Origin: Chrysomallon squamiferum
Taxonomy: Eukaryota; Animalia; Mollusca
Assembly (NCBI GenBank): GCA_012295275.1
Contig: CM022672.1
Location: forward strand, 20,956,001-21,020,000
Direction: 5' to 3'
Length of the DNA: 64,000 nucleotides
The notes under the pieces are model-generated. The model made no database searches, was not told the origin of the DNA, and was given only the letters and a program-made list of their open reading frames with translations. Within the stretch, counting starts at the first letter, position 1, and each line of letters begins with the position of its first letter. Shown here in pieces: positions 35,940 to 49,127 of this stretch. Position numbers and translations under genes: made by a program.

Positions 35940-37008
35940 GGAAAGGGAAATTTAATTAATTTTTTTTTTTTTTTTTGTAAAGACCAAAGGCAACAAATCA
36001 TTTGTAAACACAATGAAGCACTTTAGCAGTTCTTTTATTTAATAAATAAATAAATTAATTAAATTAAATTAAATAAAAATTAGTGCAGCTTCTTTTCGAT
36101 TTATTTATTTATTTTTTTTATTTATTTGTTATATGTATATAAAAACAGTTATTAATATTTAATTATTTATTACATTCGTAATTTCCTAAATTTATTTAGT
36201 CATCTGGTTTACTGCTCTCACTTCATAACAAACTGATGATCAAGTTATATTTAGACTGTAGCAGTACTTACACTTATTTAAAGTGCTTTTGGGGATTTTT
36301 ACCCTTTATTATTTTGTTTTCTGTTTTCTTTTATATATATATAGACAGTACTCTTTCAAAAGCTATGCTCTGGTCATACTGAACACAATAACAACAAACA
36401 ACATCATTATTTTAAAAGTTTTCTTTATTTTTTTGTTTTCTCTCTTCTTTTATTATTACTAAAAGGCTTTTGAAGCCTGCAAAATAAAATTAAAATAAAA
36501 GCAAACAACCTTGTCTAACATCACAACAGTCATTAAAAAGTTTATATTGTGATAAAAGTATTTTAAAAATATATTTTGTATCAAAATCAATGTCAAGTTT
36601 TTTGGAAAAAAGAAAAGAAAAGAATAATAATAGTAATAAACCATATTTCATTTCATCTAAAAAAAATGATCCATATGTAAATAGTTTAGAAAAACTGTAA
36701 AGATCAGTATAAAAAAAGTTAAGTTTTGCATAGGCCATGGTGTACAACATACAAGAAGCAATTTCATAAAACAGATCATTTTTATTTTAAAAAAAACAAC
36801 AATTCTAGATGACTGAATACTAACAATTTAAATTTTTGCTTTGAAAAAACACATTTGTAAAGAAAATTTAACCATTTCCCCACCAAAAAAAAATAATAAT
36901 TTGATTTTAAAGCTAAATACATTTGTAATAGGCATTTAAAGAATAAAGAAATAAATATATTCTTGTTTATCTTTATCTTTTTTTAGTTTTAAATTGTGTG
37001 TGTGTGTG

Positions 37009-37054
<46 letters not shown>

Positions 37055-37827
37055 GTTTCTGTTTATAAAGCTTAAGTGTACTGTTTAGGCCAAGACATCA
37101 TTGTAGCTATTTGTGTATAATTATAAATAATTGCTTTGTGTATTAAAAATTGTTTGATAAAATAATGTTTTTTTTTTTATGAAGGCTTTAAGCATCACCA
37201 CCACCCCAATTTTACATTTTGAAGCTATATGCAGTTTGATTTTTCTGACAGCCTTATATCATTTTTAAAACAAAAAAGTACTGAATTCAGTTTATTCAGA
37301 CCAAAAATATTGATAGTAAAATTCTAAAGGTGTATCACTATATGAATATATATTGTTAAAGCTGTGAATGAAGCTAATGAAAAATAATTTCTTTTATTCA
37401 CATAACTAGAATAAACTATAAAATATTTTCCATATTCAGCCTTTAATACAATTAATTAGATGTACATATAATATCAAAACTCTTTTATCTCATTTTTAAT
37501 TAATTTGCATCTTTAAAAACATTAATAATGTTTTATTATCTAAGTATCTTTTCTGGATTTGTCCAATATAAACATGTTCTGTGAACAAAAACACTTGATT
37601 CTAAAAATATGGGAACAATGAAGCTTGCAGCAAACAAGGATATATTTTACAAAATAATCATAAAAAAGTGTAAAATAAAAAAAATGGGTTTTTAGAACTG
37701 AACATGCTTTCCGTCTGTTGCATAACTATCACAATATTAATTATTTCAAACATAAAAACTTGATAATGTTATAAAACAGTTACATGATCTAAATCCTGAA
37801 AAATTATGCTGTTATTGAATAATAAAA

Positions 37828-37879
<52 letters not shown>

Positions 37880-40800
37880 GTTTTATATCCTGCAAGACAA
37901 TATTTCTTTAAAATAAAAAGACAGTTTACCAAGTCTAGGTGAAAATGTTTAAATTTTGAAATCAATAATTAGATAAGTAAAATTATTTTTTCTTTCAAAA
38001 ACAACAAATACTGAAAAGATGAAATCATCCAGCAGATATATATCTGCTTAAATATTTGGTCACTGCTAAGTGAAAATGACACAATTATGCTAACATGGGA
38101 CTAATTTATGATAAATGACACAGTTCAAGTCAACAATGTACAAAAGAAGAAAACAGTATTCTGGACCAGCCGCTTGTATGACCAACATAATTCACATCAG
38201 AGACAAAGATATTGTCAAAGATGACAACACCCAGATAACTATCAATAAACTAATTTATTAACTTATCAGGATTTGGTAGATAAATTTCTAAGGGTTCACA
38301 CTGTCACAAACTAGACAAGTGTAGTATAATGAAGACAAAATCTTAAACGACATAAAACTAAATTTACCAATGAAAATATTCGATGTTTATGAGCACTATG
38401 TAACAATAAACACATGAAATTTGAATATTCTGTTTCCAAACAATAAAACAGAAATTGTAGCTTACATTTAGCTGAATCATTCACACAAAAATGTAGCCTT
38501 CAAAGATAAAACTACTGGTTTTTATTATTCATAGGTGCAATTAAATATTACTACATAGATATTCGTTGCAGACATTATCTTGCTTAAAGTATTAAAATGT
38601 TCAATAAAAACTAAAGTGTAAGACCTGTTTAAACAAATATTTATACAACAGTTAATAGAGTTATTAGCAAGTGGTTTGGAAAGCACAACTGATATTTCCC
38701 TATAAAACTAACAGATTCTCAAAATATTATTTCATATCCTTCTGTTGCTAAATGAATTTTAAACATGAAAAAGATGTTACTACATGTCCAATCAATGAAA
38801 AAATAAATACATTTTTTCAAAGACAATGGAAGACAAATTTGAATCTGTTTGTCACATTTCAAAGTTTGTGAATTTCTATATTGTTATCTGCAGCAAACAT
38901 CCCCTCTCAGCAGTCTGTTGACATATTCAGGAAAGTGCACTACAAAACCACTTTATGACTTATGAATAGACTTTAATTTACCATAACAATGGCATAACTA
39001 GGAGACATTGGTGTAGCTATAAGGGGAGCAAGAGAGCAACAGTTTTGTTTTTTGACCTTTAGTTCACTTGTGCAATAAATATTTCTTACTTCTTCTTCTT
39101 ATTATTATTATTATTGCAAGGTCTGGCGAGTATTTTCTGGGACTCATTACTTTATTCAACAAATATCCAGTGGTGGGTTTAGACTGCCTGGTTTATCTCT
39201 GCCTTCCACTGAAAGAGAATCAGCAACGAATATGGATCATAATAAGTAATAGATACTACAAGAATAAAGCCTAGAGTAAAGAGTCTGCTGCTTCATACAT
39301 TCTCATATTGCTTTGTTTTGTTTTCATTTTATGCTGTTTTGTTATATTTTGAAATGTATGAGCTTACTTTAAGACTTCTTTTTTTAAAAAAAAAAAAAAA
39401 TTATGATTTTATATTAAATACAAAACAAGAATATGTAATCAATTTAATACTATCTGTTAAGAGTCATGGCATTTTTTTTCAAAAATATTTTTGCTCCCAC
39501 TAAATACAGAAGCTGGCTGTATTCCTACTAGAAGATTAAAAAATGAGCACCCTACCAACAGACAAAGATTTTGCCCCACAAAGTAGTGTTTTGAAAAAGA
39601 TGAAAAAGTGAATTTGTATGTGGATGTGTAAAAATGCATTCATACATGGTTACAAAAATATCCCTTTAAAACTGCAGAGGTATGAAGAATGTAAATTGTT
39701 ATAATAAAAGTAGGCCTAATTACTAAATTAGATACAATTTTTAGACTATTTTTTGTGTTGTTTTAAGTTAACTGGTGATGGAAAATCACTGAAGCAGGTC
39801 ACCTAATAAAATTTACAAACTATATTTAACATTCAGATTAAAATAAAAAGTAACGAAAAAGTATTTCTGAACCTCTAAATTTAAACCTAACAGCTATGGA
39901 AAAAATAAATACAAATGCATAAGCATTCACACAAAATCCATTCAGTTCAACAGTCTAACATTACCAAAGAAGAATAAAAAAGAATAAACCCCAGAACAAC
40001 CACAAACTATTTTGAAATACATTCCGTATACTGAAAAAAAAAAAAGACAAAAAAAGACAAAAAGACAAAAAGACAAAAAGACAAGTAACAATCTCCTTAT
40101 CCAAACTCTGTATGTTTAATATCTAAAAAAAAAAAAATAATAATGGCTATGATTATGAAGTCATTTGTTCGATTACTTCTATTTTATGCTTTTATAAAGA
40201 GCATTTAGAAAAGGGCATTTGCTTTGTAATTTCTAAAAACCCAACACACACATATTGATTAAAATTAGATCTTGTGATATCTCAGATCATTAAAGAAAAT
40301 ATAAATGCAACTTAACTGTTTATAAAACTTTAAAGTAGTAATTCCAAATTTAGGCTGTATCAGTCTTTACAATGGTAAGTCTGCAATATCAAGGTCAATT
40401 AATTAAAGTCACATTTGTATTAATATACTGTCTTTCTTACAGAGCTGTAGAAACTGCTCTTCTGATCAATGGTGTTTATAGGAGAGACTAATAAGCAGAA
40501 AGAATTTGTTTACTAAGTCACCCTGTATGCTGAGAAATACTACTTTAAAAAAATGCTTTGGATATAAAATTATCATTAAACTATTATTAATATTAATATT
40601 GCACATAACATCATCCACACATACATTAATTAACTCATTTTTCTTTCAGTAACTACAGTACAAAATACATATATAAAGCTAAAAATGTTTTAAAGTTTGA
40701 AATAAAATCAAAATGCACACACAAACACAAAATAGCTGCTAAGTTAAGTACAATGCTAATATAATTATATCAATGAAAAAAAAAATAATAATAATAATAA

Positions 40801-41811
40801 AAGTATAAATAATAAATAAGTAAATAAAATAGATGTAAAAACTAAAACAGTTGCAATTCTAGCAGCAAACTGAGCAATGCCTACATTTATTTGCATTCAT
40901 AAAAAAATCTTTGGTAACAAAATCTTAGACGAAACCTGAAATATTTAAATTCATCTTTGGTTGATTGAAAATAAGACCCAGTGATATATAAACTAAAAAA
41001 ACATAATAATAAAAAAAAGAGAAAAAAAAAAGAAAGTAATTCACTGTGTGGTTTGGATGGGTCGAAAAGGGGTTCCTGATAACCCCTATTTTTGCGTATA
41101 AAATCATAAAATCTAGCTATATTTGTTATCAATCAACACAAAAACAACGAAACTAATACTATTACATATCAGTCAGATCTATGAAGTAATGTTTTGTGTG
41201 ATATACTGTACACGTTATTTTATCATTACACATGTATACATAAATACAGCACAAAAATAATTATTGCTTTTAGAATAGTTAACTGAGATGATGTTGTACA
41301 TGTATTACAGACAGAATGAGCCAGAAATGCACCAATTAAAACTATAAACACTAAATTATGTGTGAAAAATATACATTCAGCAGTTTTATCATTAACATGT
41401 TTTATAACAGTTATAAGGTTTAAAATATGGTTTAATATTTACATTTGAGTTTGCACTGTATTTGTCAAAGTATTTTAACAGTTTTTATGCATAACCATTC
41501 AGCATACACATGCAAATTTTATCTGTGATTGTAATTCAAAATTAACATCCATCAACACTCTAATTCTGTTCATTATAAGAAATGATAATAATATTAAAAT
41601 CCCACACAAAATGACACTCTAAACCGAATTAAATAAAGTCTGAGTTCATTACACATACAAAGCTTTACCTCGAACTTGCCATTCATTTACAAAGTTACCA
41701 TTTATAAATATGTTGAAATGGGACTACAGAAATACCTTAATTAGACAGAACACTGAGGTTACAGGTGAGAAATAAATATACCAATAATTATAACACAAAT
41801 AAACATCTTAT

Positions 41812-42183
41812 CTACATCGGTGGTGCTGTTGCTTGTTGTCGTGACTCAGTTTGTTCGTTCTGTTGCATTACTTCAGCTTGGGGTATACAGTAGCCCTGTC
41901 TTCCCATGGTTCCTTGTCCCTGCTGGACTGTGGTCATCTGAGGGGTGTGGTGCGGTTCAGCTGTCCCTTGGTCTGGAGCTCCAAATACTGCCAGGGTGAC
42001 TGGTTTCTCGCATGGGGGCACAGGATAAATGTTGGGTGGAGGAGACATATTGTGTACTGGCTGAGGAAGCATATACCCTGGATAGATTGGGTGGGGCATT
42101 GGTTGGTTCAGCTGATGCCCCGGGTATGATGGATGTACTGGATGCTGCTGCTGCTGTTGTTGATGGTAAAGTGAAACCTGACC

Positions 42184-42216
<33 letters not shown>

Positions 42217-45200
42217 CTTTAAACTAACATTTATCTTCACTGTTTCCTATAGGTTCTGTTTAAAAACCAAAAAGTTATAATAAACATATCTTTAATTTAA
42301 AAAACTATTTTTTTAAACCTTTACAGTTTACTAATAGTAATAATATTTAACTATTTAACTATATCAATAACTTCCAAATACAGTGGTACCTTGATTTATG
42401 AGTTTAATTTGTTCCGTGACTGAACTCATAACTCAATTAATTGAAATACCAATGATCTATTCCAGCCCCCAAAAATCCACCCCATTTTTTTTGTAACCTA
42501 TTTTTAAAAAAGAAAAATGAACTTATAAAATGACAAATATTGTATAAAAAAACAAAATAAAAGAGAATGTAAAGAAATAAATTGGTTTTGTAAAGTGTGT
42601 TTATCTTGGAGATAGACAAATTATTTTCACGCCTTAGGCTGGAGTTACAGCCTTTAGCAAATCCTTCTGCTTCAGTATGGTACATATTGTAGAAGTACTA
42701 TGCTCGTACTGTGTAGCCAAGTCGACTACACACCTCGCCCACATTTTTCTATGATTTCATGCTTTAATTCAATGGACATCATCTGTTTCTTCTTCTCAGC
42801 ACAGTCCTTTGCACTCACTTTCTTAGGATCCATGGTCCAAAAAAAGAAATTTGCCAAAACACTGGACAGAACATGTGCACAGCACACCACAACACAATAG
42901 AGATGCCTCCACAGTGAGGAAACCATGTGAAGTAAATGAATCAGATGTGGGATGCTGAGTGAATTTTGTGTTGTTCATTGCACCAACTAGTGGCTGCGTA
43001 TCTGAAGTTCATTCATAACTCGAACTTTGGCTTGGAACTCAAAGCAAAAAATCGACCAAGCAACTGCTCATAACTCAGAAAACTTGTAAGTTGGAGCATT
43101 CATAAGTCAAACTACCACTGTATATCAGAATATTAACAATAAATTTAATAATAATAATAATAATAATAATGATGCCTAGATGACAAGTAAATTAATATAG
43201 CAGTAATAAATAAAAAAATCAAATACATATAATTTCATTGTGTACCTGCATGAGTGGGACCAGTTTGATTGTGAATAGTTGTTGTCTGGGTTGGTTGTGA
43301 TTCTGTTGTAGTAGTAGTTGTTGCTGTCATTGGATATGATGCTTCCTCATTAGCTGCTTCTGACATGGCTGCTCTGGTGTAGAGAGCACCCTGGGAGTCA
43401 GGAGGCTGTTTCTTGCGACACACACAACATATAATGGTTATCAAAATGGCTGCCCCAACAAAGGCCATGGTAAGTCCGACAATGAGGACCACAGATGGTC
43501 CAGTGTCCTCCTCTCTTGGATCATAAACTAGAAATTAAAAACATAAAACTGAAATGGTTCAAAGAAATAAGATTGCAATGTCAATTTTTAAATATGTATA
43601 TACACACACACACGTCAAATTATTTTTGCATCATTTACACCCAGTTCTGATCTTTTACATAAATACAATATTTATATCATATATGCCAAATCAGAAAGTT
43701 ATATTTAAAAGTTATCTTTGATTTGCTATTGGTACTGGAAATTTAATATTAAAAAATGTGTAGTAAATTTAGTACAATAAAATAAAAAATAAAATAAAAA
43801 GCCATGATGCATTTTCATGTATGTATTTCTCATTAAGAATTTAATTAGGATATTTTACTATTAAATACTGATACTGTTTAAGTTCCATTTTCAGGTGTAC
43901 TGACATTATAATAATAAACTTGTATCAGGAAATGCCATGTTATAAACAGTGTATATTACTATGTAAACTAATATTACACATAGGATATTTATGTTGAGAA
44001 CAAATTCTAAAAACTGTATTATAATTTTATGTTTCACTTGCCAGAACCAAACTATGAAATTTGTATTACAAAATACTAAGACTGACATCATAATCCTATT
44101 TAATTATATGTTGCTAATACTAACGGTAAAATAGAACATCTGTATCACATAATTATAATAGTAATAACATTAAAGTAATAAAACTTGTATTACAAAATAT
44201 TAATATGTTATAAATTGTAACACACTGTGTTATTATGGATATCTGTATTATAAAATAATGATATCAAGTTGAAGTATTGTTTAATATTTTCACTGCATTA
44301 TACAGGTTCTGGAGTGAGTATAACCTATTATAACAATGGCTATTTGTTTTCATTGTATGTGATTGTGTCATCTTAACAGAAAAAGAGTTCTGCATGAACA
44401 ATGTTGTATTTATAGGATAATAATAATAATAAGAAGAAACATAAACTCTGCTATCAAATATATTTGCTAAAAATGTCACATGTATATCATTATTACAGTA
44501 TTAGTGATCAAGGGTGACACTGAGAATCACCTTGTTTAACCCTAAGAATGTATGTAAACACACACACACACACACACACACGAACAAACTTAATGATAAA
44601 CAAGGAAACTCTCTTTAGATAGATCATCTACATGCACTGTATTTTTTAAAACTGTAGTTAATTTTCAAATCAATTAGTAACTCCAACATGAATATTACTC
44701 TCAATATCTCAGTAACAAATTCAGTGCATTTGCAAATGAAAACACACAATATATGCCAAACTGTATCAATTTTATTTAATATATTTATATTTTTAAATAA
44801 AGCAAAATCACCTGCCATATTTCAAGTGTTATATTGAGACTAGTTAGAGATTTGTGAAAATATATGAAAAATAAATATTTATTATTAACTCACAAATTCT
44901 CCTGGCATTTATTTTAACTAACTGCTAAGACCTCTGCATAAAATGTGTTTTTTTTTTTAAATTGTTCATGCTTCAAACTCCTTGATTAAGTTATTACAAC
45001 TGCTATTAGAAAATGACCCTCAAACAGGACAAGATGAAGATGCATATTACAGATGGACTAAAAAAAAAAATCACTGCATTTTAAAGAGTATCTGGTTTAA
45101 AATTAAATACAGCTTAAAAATAATATTTAACTGAGAAAATATTGTACAGTACACTTAGAATGAGGCAAAAATACACTTGTCAAAAAATGAAATAAATAAA

Positions 45201-45564
45201 TAAAAAAAAAATAAATAAATAAAATCCCCAGTAATATTTTGTGAAAAAAAAAAAATGTATTTGTTATTTTATTAACTTCACAAATTTCCACAATCCTGTT
45301 ACAAAATATTTGAAACGCACAAATTTACCCTAAATATTTTATTGAAACCTTTTACAGCTCTTTTTTTTTTCTTTCCGATACTATTTTATAATATTTAAAT
45401 TTAATACTCATTATTCTGAAAATAATTAGCTACTAATTTATTATTTAATCAATTACTTACTGTTATCTGTAAATTAGTTACGTTACAAAAACTACTTAAA
45501 ACCGTTATTACTACTTACATGAGTCATCCCAGTACTTAGCTGTTGTGGAATAGTCAAAAGACAT
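41812..45564 (-). CDS. Single-pass (type III) membrane protein with juxtamembrane CCxC and Thr- then Pro/Gln/Tyr-rich tail (about 232 aa)
   Basis: Exons 45564-45519 (MSFDYSTTAKYWDDS, in-frame stop upstream, gtaagt), 43527-43246 (TM VVLIVGLTMAFVGAAILITIICCVCRKK), 42182-41812 (HPSYPG, PIYPGY, SPPPNIYP; ends ATAPPM*); all introns phase 1. Confidence 0.8.
42381..43120 (-). mobile_element. Tigger/pogo-family non-autonomous DNA transposon (740 bp) in an intron
   Basis: Imperfect TIRs CAGTGGTAccTTGAtTTATGA / CAGTGGTAgtTTGAcTTATGA flanked by TA (42379-42380, 43121-43122); internal decayed CENP-B/psq HTH: MDPKKVSAKDCAEKKKQMMSIELKHEIIEKCGRGV*, then after a frameshift DLATQYEHSTSTICTILK. Confidence 0.88.
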
Positions 45565-45799
45565 ACTCCATGCAGATACAAAAGTAAAGTCTTATTTCAA
45601 ATTTCACAAAAACATTTGGTTTTCTAATTAAGTTGCGATAAATGTCAAAAATATTTAGGTCATATTAGCAAGACATTTCCAATGAAACAATGAAATTTTC
45701 ATGAGCTGTAGCTTCAGGCCGATGTTGTCATGATACGGTGTTTAACACAAAGCGCTAATAATTAATTACTGAGCCATAAAAAACAAAAACATGAACGTC

Positions 45800-45905
45800 T
45801 TGCCGGTCTTTGTCCTGCTTCCCTTCGTTTTTTGACAAGAAAACGGAAGTTATGAAGAGTTATGGAACGTGACAGTTTCCCGGTGAGAAATTGAATTCTG
45901 GGAAA
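45800..45905 (-). promoter_or_regulatory. Probable promoter of the 45564 gene
   Basis: Local CpG enrichment with an ETS-type CGGAAGT at 45844-45850, at the edge of a CpG-depleted gene body. Confidence 0.35.
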
Positions 45906-45960
45906 CTGTACATTAGCTGTTCGAAATTAGGACACGCTAGCGAGTATCTGTGCGCAAGGC

Positions 45961-45996
<36 letters not shown>

Positions 45997-46094
45997 TGCT
46001 TTCTTTCTTTCTTATATTTTGTTTCTTGTTTTTTTTTTTTTCATAATATTTCATACATGCATAAATACATACTATATTTTAATAATAATAATAA

Positions 46095-46125
<31 letters not shown>

Positions 46126-46559
46126 AAGAAGAAGAAGAATATTTGTATTAGTCTTTGTATTAGTATTTGTATTTGTATACATAAATATATTATTGATATT
46201 TGATATATTAATAAACAAATTATTGTATTAACTTTATTACTACAATATGTTTCAAATTAGAAAAAAAAAAAGAAATAAAAAATAATGAATAAAATAACCA
46301 ACGTCTCACTGAGTTTAATAACTGCAGAAGTATCAGAGTAAAACATGGAAGTAATATACAATTTTATGCGCATTGTTGTCACTATAAGATATACTACAGC
46401 CATATCACAGAAAGCCAGATATGCATTTAATCGTTCCCAAAAAATTAAAACAAATAATATGAAAATTAGAACACATTAACTGTCAGTATACTGGTATTCA
46501 GTTTATCTTAAATCGATTGGATTTTATTCTTGCAAGTTATATATCCAAATAATACTGAC

Positions 46560-46856
46560 AAAATGTACTAGTTTTGCAAGATGACTTAATTTTGAGAAAT
46601 TCCTTTGGCATTGGAAACAGTAATTGTCAAAACAAAAAATTATCAGTGCGAAAACGATGTTAGATAAACTTTTTGTAACTTCTACATAATTATCCAGCAA
46701 AGCAAATCTAATACTGTCCAAGTTGAAATGCTCGTATCTGGATGAACTTCATTGAATAAACCAACGTGGCGTTTAATTCAGAATATTTCTCACATAAATG
46801 CTGAATGTCTCGAACAATTAAGTTATCTTTCTCTGCATCTAACAATGTTTGAATCT
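46560..46856 (-). mobile_element. Decayed hAT (ZMYM1-like) transposase C-terminal dimerisation-domain fragment
   Basis: Frameshifted pieces read WTVLDLLCWI / KSLSNIVFALIIF / LTITVSNA / QRNFSKL, matching the recalled hATC consensus (LPN..IALRIFLT..VS.ASCERSFSKL). Confidence 0.65.
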
Positions 46857-48779
46857 GCAGAAAAGCAAATAGTTCAGGAAGTGTATACATCTGTATTGTG
46901 CATGTTTTTATTTCTGCAGTTAGCTTATATGCTTCAAGTTGTTCCCGGCGTGTTTCCTGGATTAAACGTTTCTGTGCATATGTTATATACTGTTTTTGCA
47001 TTTTTGTATTACCTTATCGTTTACAACAGACACAGGCATGCACATGTACACACTTAAACAAACGTGGACACTGTTGATATGATTTACGATTAGAACTGGG
47101 GTGTAAATCAGAAATGTCTTAGTAAGTATATATATATATAAAGACTTAACGATAGTATGTGTAGTTGAATTAACATTCAGAATCAGCCTTAAATAATTAC
47201 TGTAATATTAATTTAATTTTAAACAATTAAACAATATATTAAGTATCTTGTTACATTAAGTAGTTAAGATTGTATAATATGAATGTATCATGTTAGAACA
47301 CACAAACACATTATACGCACAAAATTACAATCAGACCTTCATAAATATTGACAGATATATACTATCTTAACGATAATTGTATCAACTTGGTTATTTGGTT
47401 TTCATCTTTATTACAGCATATTCTGTCGATATTGGATGAGTAACTGAGGTAATTCTGGATTCAGACAACACCAGCATCTTTTATTTTACATTTTAATCAT
47501 AATTTATTTATTTTGTAGAAGTAGTAGTAGTAGTAGTAATAATTTACAATGGTGAGGAATAACTGATAAAGATTTTTTTATTATTTTTTTTCAGTAACAT
47601 AGGACATAACGGACAATACAAATTGTAATAAATACCTATTATCTAAGCTATTCCTAATGTTAGTATTGTTAGTAATAAATTATTCGTAAAGAAAAAAAGT
47701 AATTAACTCCTTACAGAAAATAATAAAAACAACAAACACAGTAATTTAAAAAATTATATTTATAGCAAACACAATGATTTTAATAATAATTTTATTTCAT
47801 TAAATAACCAACTGTTTACATAAAATAGTAAAAACTCTAACTTTATTATCTTGAAAATTAAAGGAAATACTGGCCATTATTTGCCTTGGCTGTCACTGCT
47901 AAATCTGCGAAATTTGACGAATTAAAGGTTACAGAGGGGATGGGAAAAGGCGATTTTAAACATAGTTAAAATTACTACAACTTCCTTATTTATTAGTATA
48001 TTTGGGTGTTTGTTTAGGCTCTTTATAATAGAATATGAAGTTTTGAAGCTTGACCATGTTAATAATTCTTTATAACATACCTACTCTGAGTCCCTGCATT
48101 TTAGCTATATTAAAAGTTAGTTTATTTAAATAAATTATGAAATACTATATATAATTTTGAAGATTACTTCATCAAGTATGATACATACCAACATTTCGTT
48201 CAAAGTAAATGATTTAAAAAGCTTTAATTAATTAATATTTATTTTTGATTTCTATAATGTTCATGTATCTCACAAGTAAGTTAATGTAATTAATGTAAGG
48301 TCTTAATATAGGATGGTTTTATTTCCAAATTTTTAATTTTTTAAAAAAATTTTATTATTATTATTTTGATACTTAGTTTTTAATTAATTATTCAGTAATG
48401 TGTTCCTTACTAAATTTTTAAATTTAATTAAAATGATAGAAAATTAAAATATCAAAACATTAATTTAAATGATCAAGCAATTAAGAAATTAATTAATAAC
48501 TTCCTTGTAAGATACCATCTGCATGAGATTTATTTATTTTACTTACTTATTACATCAAATTATTGATATTAATGTATTTTTGTTGTTCAACATCATCATC
48601 ATTAAAGCATAGAACAGTTTCAAAACAAAAATTCCTTTAGTATCCACCAAGATATCCTTTATGTTTTTTCATTCCTCGTGATGTAAAATAAAAATACAAG
48701 TATGAACAGTAATCTTATATTTAATATGGAAACAATAAAATAATACACAAACGTTTATCTGAAATATTTTGGATACCTC

Positions 48780-49075
48780 TTAAACACCATATAGCATAAT
48801 AATAATAGTACAGTAAAATAATGTAAATATAAAAATGAAAGCGAAATGGATAACAAACGCGGGTCCGGTATTAGCTGGACATGTTTGATGGTTGAACCGG
48901 TTCCGTGCAGAAATGACCAGATGTGGAACAAGATCACCCCAGAGTGACGTCACACGAGGGTACATATGACGTTGTACGGACATATTGGAATTCAGAGCTA
49001 AGTAGGATTCAGAGACATTGTTGAATTCCGGCCAGTCTTCTCCAAGCTTGGATGATATATTTCTGTTAGGATTTC

Positions 49076-49127
<52 letters not shown>

